Shown here one piece after another: positions 48,881 through 64,000 of a stretch of DNA of 64,000 nt; position 1 is the first letter of the stretch, and each line of letters begins with the position of its first letter. The stretch comes from the human T2T-CHM13v2.0 reference genome, Homo sapiens. Under the pieces are notes generated by a model that was not told where the DNA came from, searched no databases, and saw nothing but the letters and a program-made list of their open reading frames with translations. The DNA is taken from the NCBI RefSeq assembly GCF_009914755.1, contig NC_060926.1, one strand, 5' to 3'. The position numbers and the translations under genes were made by a program.

Positions 48881-48897
48881 GTTTGTGTGTGTGTGTG
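48803..48897. repeat. Inverted microsatellite pair (AC)19 ... (TG)n
   Basis: (AC)n 48803-48840, 14-nt spacer, (TG)n 48855-48897. Confidence 0.95.
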
Positions 48898-49879
48898 CAT
48901 GATTTTTTACCTAATTATTTTTCTCTGGGCATTCTGAATCTGGGTGAGTTTCTTTTTTTTCCTTTTTTGCTCACTTGTGTTTTCCATATAAACAGGTGAT
49001 GTTGTCTAAAAAAGAAATCTTTCATATTTTAAAGCAAAAAACCCAAACCCTTAATATTTAAAACAAAAACACAGTTTTAACTCATAGACATCTCAAAGGA
49101 AAAACAAAACAAAATACCACCTGCTTACCCACACTGGCTTGGATAAAGGGTAACAAACATCTCTTCCAGATGGACCTTGCCTGAACACCTGGAGGAATCT
49201 AGATTGGGGTGTGGGGTGTGTGGGGGTGGGTTACATGCCATATTCTTGACTGGGCCCTTGTCTCTGCACCGGGCTTAAGCAGATTGTCGGGTCCATGCAT
49301 AGTTGCTGTTCATTCCTCACCTCCCTCACTCTGACAATGGTCTGCTTTCTTTTCCCTGAGTAGGAAACCTGCAGAGGCAGCTGGCTTGTGATACTTTGTG
49401 TAGGCATGTGAGTTACATGCAAATCACATGCAGAGTCACTCAGAATCCTTTCTCAGATGGTCCAAGTCAAGAATATTTGTCTTAAGTCTGTAGTATGATA
49501 CCTAAAAACGGGCATGTACTTATGATATTTCTCTTAATTTCTCCCAGAATAAGTCAAATTACTGTAAGAAGAGGTTTCAGCTTTTAAGTTCACTATTCTT
49601 TTTGGAGTTATCCATGCATGCATGCTTACAAAAATTAAATTATTTTCAAAGACAGAATAATTTTTCCACCACAGTTAAACTCAAAGTAAATGAAGAGCTA
49701 GAACATGATAGTTTCCTCTAAGAATAGACATTCTTTATAGTTCAAATTACTTGCAATATGGATTTATAATAGCAGAAAGATGGGACAAAATTTTAATCAC
49801 TTTCAGTGTTAAGAATAGTGATTTTATGAACTGTAGACTTAACTCAGCAAAATCACACATCTCTGTCACCTACACACAC

Positions 49880-50180
<301 letters not shown>

Positions 50181-50239
50181 ACAAAGTTCACATCTGCTAA
50201 AATTATATTCATTCACAAATTAATTCAAAGAAGTGTACT

Positions 50240-50395
50240 ATTTATTTAGAGACAAGATCTTGCTCTGCCACCCAGGCTGGAGGGCAACAGGGCGATCATG
50301 GCTCACTGCAGCCTCAACCTCTTGGGTTCAAGTGATCCTCCTACCTCAGCCTCCTGAGTAGCTGGGACTAAAGTGTGCATGCCATCATGCCTGGC
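50240..50395 (-). mobile_element. Alu right-arm/FRAM-like monomer
   Basis: TTTAGAGACAAGATCTTGCTCTG...GCTCACTGCAGCCTCAACCTC...CCATCATGCCTGGC. Confidence 0.8.
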
Positions 50396-50732
50396 AAAAG
50401 ATGTGTACTTTTTGAAAGACATTATCTACAATAAAAAATCAAAGCCAATCTTGGTTCTCTATTAAAAAATCAACTTGTGTAAAATCAGTATACTCGTCAG
50501 AAAATTATTATAAAACTAAGACAAAACACAACATACCAAAATGTCACTTTGTTTGCTACATTTCAACACCCTATACTTGCCTAGGTTGCCTTTTGGTTTT
50601 TCAAACAGGATGAAAAAGAGGAAATGCTGATAATTATATGCAACTCTTGTTGATTTTATTGATTAGCAGTAAGTTGAGAATTTTCTCTTCCAACAGAGGA
50701 AGATAAGATGTTAACTCTCATAATCACTTAGG

Positions 50733-50862
50733 ATTTATTTATTTATTTATTTATTTATTTATTTTAGAGATGAGCCCTCTATGTTATTCAGGATGGCCTC
50801 AAACCCCTGGGCTCAAGGAATCCTCCCAACTCAGTCTCCCAAGTGGCTGGGACTATAGGTGC
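50733..50862 (-). mobile_element. FLAM-like Alu monomer with (TTTA)n tail, 5' end disrupted by a templated insertion
   Basis: (TTTA)n, TATGTT...CAGG.TGGCCTCAAAC.CCTGGGCTCAAG...GCTGGGACTATAGGTG. Confidence 0.75.
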
Positions 50863-50913
50863 TGGTGACTATAGTGTCACCTCTGCTGTGCACCTCTACT
50901 GTGCACAGGTGAC

Positions 50914-51085
50914 TGTGTGCACCTCTACTGTGTGGACAGTTGAATCCTGACGGTGCTTCAACTCAGTCACTGTATATACACACTGCAGATTGCATGTATG
51001 TAGGCATGAACATGCCAAGAGGTGTGTTGATCTGGGTATCTCTGCTTTAGGGACCTGGGTGGTGTTTGTGTATGAGTCTGCATAT
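50914..51085 (+). repeat. 172-bp direct duplicate of 52157-52328
   Basis: Manual alignment: 172 bp, 5 mismatches, no gaps. Confidence 0.95.
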
Positions 51086-52156
51086 AGTCACCTGACTCGC
51101 TCAGAATTTTAACAGGGGGTAAGAGAGAATTAGTCCCTGAGGGGAGGTGAAATAAAGTGCTAGTGTTGGGGTGAAAGGTCTAGGAAAGAGACTAGTGGTG
51201 GACCCGTTGCCTCCTTCATTTCCCTGGTTAGGCTCAGGCTGTATGTTTCCATAAGCTACTGTCTTGCTAAGATACCTTTGCCACCATGAAGGATGCCGGG
51301 ATCAACTAAAGGTGTCTTCTGGGGATAGCCTTGAGCTCAGTCCTCAATGTTACTTCTCCTCTCTGAGACTTTATGTCTCCTCATCCTTGGCTACTACCCT
51401 TGAGTGCCAGCTCTAAATGCTCATCCTCTGCTCCCGACACACCATTTCCAGCATCTCACTTCCTCAGTTCCATCATCAAACCACTGGTAAAAGACCTTGG
51501 TTATTCTGGGACTTTCATCCTCAACCACTGCCTGGGGCTGGCTGCCCAGAGGACATGGTGCTTTTCCATGGCTGAAAATAGATGTGTGGGGCAGGTTTGC
51601 TGCAACCAGCAGAAAGCAGAGAGAGAAAGCAGCTTGCTGATCTCACCTGAAAACGACCCTACAACCGTGTAGGGACCAGTGGGAGGGGCTAACACAAGTG
51701 TAGAGGTACCTGAGTGTACAATTTGCTCTCTGATAACCAGAGATCAAACAGTAATGGGCAAGAGAAAAGAGTAAGACTTAGCGACTCAAACTTATTTTGT
51801 TTTGAATCTATTTGACAAAGAAGCTGTCTGATGTTTTCTTATACACCCACTCATGTTCTCACTAGCCCTCAGCCATCTTCCAATCCCTCCCTTTCATACA
51901 ATTCTGCCTCCAGCACATATCTTTTGGCTCACTACCCTGATTCTCCCACCTGCCAATCAGTGACCCCATTTCCATGCTTTTGAACTCTTCACTGTTACCC
52001 CACAGATAAGCATGATGCATGATGTGCATGCTGCTTATCTATGGGATGTCCCTCGAGCATGCAGGCACTGCTGCATCTGGAACAGGCTTTTCTATAGGTG
52101 AGCAGGCTCTTCAGTTAACCTGTGTGGCTATACTATTACATTATGGAACATGTAGG

Positions 52157-52328
52157 TGTGTGTACCTCTACTGTGTGGACAGTTGAATCCTGACGGTGCT
52201 TTAACTCAATCACTGTATATACACACTGCAGATTGCATGTATGTAGGCATGAACATGCCAAGAGGTGTGTTGATCTGGGTATCTCTGCTTTAGGGACCTG
52301 GGTGGTGTTTGTGTGTGACTCTGCATAT
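52157..52328 (+). repeat. 172-bp unique-looking segment, probable donor of 50914-51085
   Basis: Same alignment; this copy has clean, non-repetitive flanks. Confidence 0.93.
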
Positions 52329-53739
52329 GAGTACACCTGGATGTGTGTCTGAAGGCCCTGCTGATCACTTCCTACAAAGTTTGACTGTATGCTTCCAAAT
52401 CGCTCCACTTATTAATATTACTCTTTTTTTCTTTCTGAATAATTTTATTGTGGCAAAATATGTATAACATGAAGTTTGTTCTTTTAACAAATTTTTTCTT
52501 TTCTTTAATTTTTTTTTTTTTAGAGACAAGGTATTACTATGTTGCCCAGGCTGGTCTTGAACTCCTGGGCTAAAATGATCCTCCTGCCTCAGCTTCCCAA
52601 GTGCTGGGAGTACAGGCATGAACCACCATGCATGGCTATTTTCACAGATTTTAAGTGTACAACTTAGTAGCATTAATTACATTCACAGTGTTGGGCAAAC
52701 AATCACCGTTCCCCGCATTTTTCAACATCCAAACAGAAATTCTGAAACCATTAAGCAATAACTCCCTCTCCTTCTCTCCCCCAAGTCCCTGATAACCTCT
52801 AATCTACTCTGTCTCTATGAATTCACCCATTCTAGATATATCATGTAAGTGGAATCATACAATATTTATCCTTTTGTTTCTGGTTTATTTCATTTAGCAT
52901 AATATTTTCAAGGTTCATTCACGTTGTAACATGTACATAACTTCATTTCTTTGGCTGAATAACATTCCACTGTGTATATATATCACATTCAATTTTTTCA
53001 TTCATCTGGTCACAGACAGTTGGGTTGTTTTCATCTTTTGGATGTTGTAAATAAAGCTGCTATGAACATTGGCATTCAAGTATCTGTTCAATCCCTGTTT
53101 TTAATTCTTTTGGGTATATACCTAAGAACAGAATTGCTGGGAAAGGGAGTAATTCTAGGCTTAGCTTTTTAAGGAACCAAAACACTGTTTCAACAGTGGT
53201 TGCACCATTTTACATTGCCATTAGTAATGTATGAGGGTTCCAATTTCACCACATTCTCACAATACTTCTTTTATTTTCTTTTTATTTTATTATAGCCACT
53301 CTAGTAAGTGCAAATAGGTATCTCATTGTGATTTGGATTCACATTTCCCTGAGGATTATTGTTGTAGAACATTTTTATGTGCTTATTGGCTATTTTTATA
53401 TTTTATTTGGAGAAATGTCTATTCAAATCCTTTGCCCATTTTAAAATTGGGTGGCTTATCTTTTTTTTATTAAGTTCTTTATATATGCTGGATATTTACC
53501 CATTGTCAGATATTTTTTGTTTGTTTGTTTGTTTTTTATGATTATACTTTAAGTTCTACGGTACATGTGCACAACGTGCAGGTTTGTTACATATGTATAC
53601 ATGTGCCATGTTGGTGTGCTGCACCCATTAACTCGTCATTTACATTAGGTATATCTCCTAATGCTTTCCCTCCCCCCTCCCCCCACCCCACAACAGGCCC
53701 CGGTGTGTGATGTTCCCCTTTCTGTGTCTATGTGTTCTC

Positions 53740-57566
<3,827 letters not shown>

Positions 57567-57629
57567 TATGATGTTAGCTGGTTATTTTGCTCGTTAGTTG
57601 ATGCAGTTTTTTCCTAGCCTCAATGGTCT

Positions 57630-58645
57630 TTACAATTTGGCATGTTTTTGCAATGGCTGGTAGCGGTTGTTCCTTTCCATGTTTAGTGCTTCCTTCAGGA
57701 GCTCTTGTAGGGCAGGTCTGGTGGTGACAAATCTCTCAGCATTTGCTTGTCTGTAAAGTATTTTATATCTCCTTCACTTATGAAGCTTAGTTTGGCTGGA
57801 TACGAAATTCTGGGTTGAAAATTCCTTTCTTTAAGAATGTTGAATATTGGCCCCCACTCTCTTCTGGCTTGTAGAGTTTCTGCCAAGAGATCAGCTGTTA
57901 GTCTGATGGGCTTCCCTTTGTGGGTAACCCGACCTTTCTCTCTGGCTGCCCTTAACATTTTTTCCTTCATTTCAACTTTGGTGAATCTGACAATTATGTG
58001 TCTTGGTTTTGGTCTTCTCAAAGAGTATCTTTGTGGCGTTCTCTGTATTTCCTGAATTTGAATGTTAGCCTGCCTTGGTAGATTGGGGAAGTTCTCCTGG
58101 ATAATATCCTGCAGAGTGTTTTCCAACTTGGTTCCATTCTCCCCATCACTTTCAGGTACACCAATCAGACGGAGATTTGGTCTTTTCACATAGTCCCATA
58201 TTTCTTGGAGGCTTTGTTCGTTTCTTTTTATTCTTTTTTCTCTAAACTTCTCTTCTCACTTCATTTCATTCATTTGATCTTCCATCACTGATAACCTTTC
58301 TTCCAGTTGATTGAATCGGCTACTGAAGCTTCTGCATTTGTCACATAGTTCTCGTGCCATGGTTTTCAGCTCTATCAGGTCCTTTAAGGACTTCTCTGCA
58401 TTGGTTATTCTAGTTAGCCATTCGTCTAATATTTTTTCAAGGTTTTTAACTTCTTTGCCATGGGTTTGAACTTCCTTCTTTAGCTCAGAGAAGTTTGATC
58501 ATCTGAAGCCTTCTTCTCTCAACTCGTCAAAGTCATTCTCTGTCCAGCTTTGGTCTGTTGCTGGTGAGGAGCTGCGTTCCTTCAGAGGAGGAGAGGCGCT
58601 CTGATTTTTAGAATTTTCAGTTTTTCTGCTCTGTTTTTTCGCCAT
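57630..58645 (-). pseudogene. L1 ORF1p remnant (frameshifted)
   Basis: KRPNLRLIGVPESDGENGTKLENTLQDIIQENFPNL...ARREWGPIFNILKE in ORF 57695-58189. Confidence 0.9.
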
Positions 58646-61264
58646 CTTTGTGGTTTTATCTACCTTTGGTCTTTGATGGTGGTGATGGACAGATGGGGTT
58701 TTGGTGTGGATGTCCTTTCCTTCTAACAGTTGTTAGTTTTCCTTTTAACAGTCAGGACCCTCAGCTGCAGGTCTGTTGGAGTTTGCCAGAGTTCCACTCC
58801 AGACCCTGTTTGCCTGGGTATCAGCAGCGGATGCTGCAGAACAGCGAATATTGGTGAACAGCAAATGTTGCTGCCTGATCGTTCCTCTGGAAGTTTTGTC
58901 TCAGAGGGTACCCGGCTGTGTGAGGTGTCAGTCTGCCCCTACTGGGGGGTGCCTCCCAGTTAGGCTACTCAGGGGTCAGGGACCCACTTGAGGAGGCAGT
59001 CTGTCCGTTCTCAGATCTCAAGCTGGGTGCTGGGAGAACCACTACTGTCTTCAAAGCTGTCAGACAGGGACATTTAAGTCTGCAGAGGTTTCTACTGCCT
59101 TTTGTTTGCCTATGCCTTGCCCCCAGAGGTAGAGTCTACAAAGGCAGGCAGGCCTCCTTGAGCTGTGGTGGGTTCCACCCAGTTCGAGCTTCCCAGCTGC
59201 TTTGTTTACCTACTCAAGCCTCAGCAATGGCGGGCGCCCCTCCCCCAGCCTCGCTGCCACCTTGCAGTTTGATCTCAGACTGCTGTGCTAGCAATCAGCA
59301 AGGCTCTGTGGGTGTAGGATCCTCCGAGCCAGGCGCAGGATATAATCTCCTGGTGTGACGTTTGCTAAGACTGTCAGAAAAGCGCAGTATTAGGGTGGGA
59401 GTGACCCGATTTTCCAGGTGCCGTCTCTCACCCCTTTCCTTGGCTAGGAAAGGGAATTCCCTGACCCCTTGCACTTCCTGGGTGAGGTGATGCCTCGCCC
59501 TGCTTCAGCTCACACTCGGTGTGCTGCACCCACTGTCCTGCACCCACTGTCCAACAGTCCCCAGTGAGATGAACCCGGTACCTCAGTTGGAAATGCAGAA
59601 ATCATTCGTCTTCTGCGTCGCTCACACTGGGAGCGGTAGACTGGAGCTGTTCCTATTTGGCCATCTTGGAACCGCCCCACTCAGATATTTTTATTTATAA
59701 ATATTTTCTCTAATTCTATAAGTTGTCTTTTTAATTTCTTGATATCATCCTTTAATGCAAGAAACATTTTAGTTTTGAGAATGTCCAACTTATCTATTTT
59801 TTCTTTTGTTGCTCATACTTTCAGGGTTATATCCAAATCCAGAGTAATGAAGATTTACCCCTATGTTGTCTTCTAAGACTTTCGTGGTTTCAGCTCTTAT
59901 ATTTAGATTGTTGATCCATTTTGAGTTAATGTTTTTATACGATGTGGGGTTGGGGTCACACTTCATTCTTTTGCATGTGAAAATCCAGCTGTCCCAACAC
60001 CATTTGCTGAAAAGACTGCTGTTTTTCCATTGACTGGACTTGGCACCCTAGTCAAAAATCATTTGGCCATAGAAATACAGGTTTCCACTTGGACCCTAAA
60101 TTCTACTCCATTGGTCTATGTGTGTCTATCTTTATACCAGTACCACACTGTTTTGATTACTGTAGCTTTATAGTAACTTTTGAAATCAGGAAGTGTGAGC
60201 CTCTGACTTTGTTATTTATTTTCAAGATTGTTTTGCCTATCTAGGGTTCCTCATAATTCCATATGTATCAGCTTTTCCAGATTGCTTTGGTAGTATTGGC
60301 ATCTTAACAGCGTTAAGTTGGCCTACCCAGGAACATGGGATGCCTTTCCATTCATTTAGGTCTTCTTTAATTTCTTTCAGCAATGTTTTGTAGTTTTCAG
60401 TGTACAAGTCTTTTACCTCCTTGATTAAATTTTTGTTTTGTTTTGCTTTATAGCACTTTTTTGTCTTGTTTTTAATTGACAAATAAAAATTGTATATATT
60501 TACAGTGTACAACATGATATTTTGAAATATGTGTGCCTTGTGGAATGACTAAACCTAGCTAATTAGCATATGTATTACCTCACCTATTTATAATTATTTT
60601 TGTAACGAGAAATCTTAAAATCTACTCTTTTGTGATTTTCAAGTAAACAATACATTGTTATTAACTATAGTTTTCATGTTGCACATCTCCTTGGTTAAAT
60701 TTCTTCCTAGATATTTTATTCACCTTCTCCTTTGAGTTGGCTTGAAATCTTCCCCATTGTGCTTTACTACCCCATAAGACGTCCATAGTACATAGATTAG
60801 TGCCTAGCACATAGCAGACACTGAACAAAGGCTAATTGAACATAAGAATCTCCAAAATGATAGGATCTTATAACTTGACAAAAACAGTCATACAAATTCC
60901 ATTCTTCTATAGACAAGGAAATGATGTTCAGAGAGATTAAGTTGCTTCCCCAAATAGCACTGCTAGCTAGGGGTAGAGCCAGACATTCACATCTCCCGAG
61001 AGTTTTCTGTGGATCAAAACGTAATCATTATATGCCACGATTCTGTCTGCTGGAGTAAATAAATTGGTGTGTTTATAAACTTGAGTGCTTGTCTTTGAGG
61101 ATGGAGATTTTTAAGTGTCTGTTTCTCTATTTTCTGAAATGAATCTTAAAGGATTGGTGTACCTACAAAACTACAAAACTAGTTTCACATAGCTGAGTTA
61201 ACAGTTATCAACAATTATAACAGATATATATCAATGAGGGTATCATATATAGAAGTCTCTATAG

Positions 61265-61297
61265 GTGTGTGTGTGTGTGTGTGTGTGTGTCTGTGTA
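61265..61297. repeat. (TG)n microsatellite
   Basis: Direct reading. Confidence 0.9.
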
Positions 61298-64000
61298 GCA
61301 GGTAAGATGGCTGAGTGTTTTGGGAATGAATTAATCCACTAGAGTTTTCCATGGTGAGAACAGATGATCTTCCACTAGGCTTTAACTCCTAAATAATTTG
61401 TTTCATTATAGAATTATTTCCATTTAGAGAAAGAAGGGAAAAGAGAAGAACTGTGTCCCTGTTTACAAACTGGGGAATTCCTAATACGCTGCTTAAAAAA
61501 AAAAAACATATTTATTAGCTTTTAGGCTGACTCCCAAAGTAAGGGTAAATCAACCCGGGGCAGTGTTTAGCCTTGTTTTATTTCAGTCCTTTTCCATGCA
61601 GCTGGTCAGTCTCCAGTAATTCTCTTACCTGTCGTGACACAGCCTTCTCTCAGAACCTCCCAAAGGTGTTTGGTAATCATTGGTCTGGATATTGTCTCTG
61701 AGCCAATGATGTGAGACCAGAAACTCTCTGTTCCTGGACTTGGAGAGTTGCAGAGGAGAATTTTTAGTGCCTATCCAATATTCTTTTTTCTCCTATCCTT
61801 ACTAACATCTCCCCCATTTTGTGTGTGTGTGTTTGAGGGGGAGCTATAATGTGCTCAGGAAAAACAAATCAACTACTACAAATCAAACAAACAAAAACTA
61901 CATTTCTAATTCTCCTTTGCAGCTAGAGGTTGTCATTGAACCCAGGTATAAGCAAAAGTTTTTGGATGGGGCTTTCAGGAAAGACCTTTAAAATGGAGCT
62001 GACAGTTAACAAGTGCCTTTTACCCTTTGTACTCTGCCCTTCTTCTTGACTGGATTATAGCCATGACACACTGGAGGTAGAGCAACCCTCCTGTAATCAC
62101 AGGCACCTGTGAGGGAGAGGTTAAGATGTCATGGAGATATCAACATGGTCTGTCTTCACTGCTGAGCCAATGCCCGCTACCACCTACCTCTGAAATTTTT
62201 GTTACACAAGAAAAGCCCCAAATTTGTTTAGGGGAATCTCCTTCACCAGTAGCTCAATTCAATTCTTAATTAATGTAAGAGCTTAAAGAGCTCCCTGAGA
62301 TAATTTGAGTCAATGAACTCCTATATATCTTATTGGCAAATTAGACAAATTTAGAGTATATGTTATGGAAAAATTCTGAGAAGCCAAGAAAATGGTGGTG
62401 ATATAAATCTGAGTTTGAACATACTCTCTCCCAAAACAATAAAGAAGATCAAATGAAACTACATAAAACCCATGTCTTCTACATAACTAGAAGACATGAA
62501 ATGTCCAAATTTCAAATTAACTGTAAATAGAAAAATAAACACCAAACCCCAGCAAGTTGCCTCCTCCACTCCTAATACAAGCCCTTCAGGAACCAACAAA
62601 GTCAGCTGGAGAAAATCCGTGCAGAGTAGACAAGAGGGAAGCTAGTGGTGGACCTTAGATTGATCTGAAACAACCACCAGAGAGAGAACGTCGGCGCTAA
62701 GTTTGAAAATACTGAAAAGCACACTGGTAGATCAGGCTACTTACTACTGGGAAGGGACTTAACCATATGTGCTGCATGCGAGGAGATGGTCTTGTCCCAC
62801 TTTTTGTGAGAGGAGATGGTCTTGGAAGGATAAGTAAGGCATCCTGGTAAAAAGGGTCAAAGGGACCCTCTTTTAGAGGCGAGCTCTGGAAATCTTGCAG
62901 TGAGAGGGAAATTGAAGAACCTGCAAGAATCTCTTCCCTTGCAAAACTGAAGGTAGCCCAGCCCCTTCTCCCATCATTCCCCTTCCAAATAATAATAATA
63001 AATAATAATAATAAGTTCAATTTTAAAAAAGAAAGAAAAAGAAGTTATACTTTGCCACACTGACAGAAGAGGGCGCTCTTGACCTAGGAATTTTGCAACC
63101 ACCCCAACCCTTCCAGCCCTGTCCACAGAAAGGCGGATCAAAGTCTTCATCTAAGCAAAATCACCAGAATAAAAAGAACCCAAGCAATTCAACTGAGAAA
63201 AATTCCTCCCCCAAATAATGGCACAGTGGAAGAAAACTAACACAACACTGAACTGAATTCAACGTCCTCAAGCACTTGGGAACATGGAAAAACACTTCAA
63301 ATTACACATTCAGAAACTAGGTACAGAAACAGACATAAAAAAAGAAGAAATAAAATAAAAGTTGATTGAACTCAGGAAAGAAATAGAAGAAAGAATAGAA
63401 AAGCCATTATAAGCATTCCTATAAGATTTTAGATAAACTGAACTAAGACATTTTACACACGCGCACACACACACCACACATGCACACTATCCTTCAAGTT
63501 ACATTTGAACAATTTCTTCACCATGTAGCTTTTGGGGGTTCATCCCAATTGGATATTTTGAGACATGCAATAAATGGTTCTGCTATTATTGCTATAATCA
63601 CCATTACAGGTAACTGATTGGATGAGGACAGCAAGCGAGGGGAGGGAGTCTCGAGTAAAATGTCTGAGGCAAGATAATAGTTTGTCCAACTCCAGTGTTC
63701 ACCTAGGCCAATGACTTTACAGATGAGATTCAGGGAGGTTACATAATGACCCAAGCTTCCCCAGAGCCAGTTAGTGACAGAAAGCACAAGGCAGAAAGCC
63801 TCCCTCTCCTTCTCTCTCCCCTTTTCCTCCTCTTACTTCAGAGGACAATGAGTGCCTCCTCCACCCTCCAGCAACCTCAGACCCTGTCACCTCACCCCTC
63901 AGCAGGATTCCCTCTTTTATATTCACTCTCCCCTTTTCTTCCGACCAATTCTTCCAGGCAGATACTCTCTGTCACCCTCATCCTGTAAAGCAAATACTCC

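Overview
Primate (human-like) nuclear DNA, intergenic or deep-intronic. By eye more than half of it is transposable-element derived. I found no recognisable protein-coding exon, RNA gene or processed pseudogene of a known gene; nearly all ORFs in the track are Alu, L1 or LTR read-throughs. Landmarks: a full-length but ORF-disrupted L1PA (about 53.5-59.7 kb, minus), a 5'-truncated L1PA inside a MER21-type LTR whose 3' end is replaced by an AluY (30.6-33.4 kb), a CpG-rich LTR12C/ERV9 solo LTR with a 4-bp TSD (41.4-42.8 kb, minus), many Alus, MaLR LTRs, two Tigger3-type DNA transposons and old L1M remnants. The most unusual signal is a set of local templated insertions: three copies of 145-212 bp of sequence from 0.6-2.3 kb away (12.2, 35.9 and 50.9 kb), with micro-repeat or fold-back junction scars, plus several smaller scars in Alus and L1. 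These resemble polymerase-theta/template-switch repair. Also notable: a 234-aa ATG-initiated ORF in apparently unique sequence about 4.6 kb downstream of the LTR12C promoter on the same strand, an L1 3' transduction, and an L1-retroposed LTR-like poly(A) tail. Repeat subfamily names come from recall of consensus motifs, not from a search.
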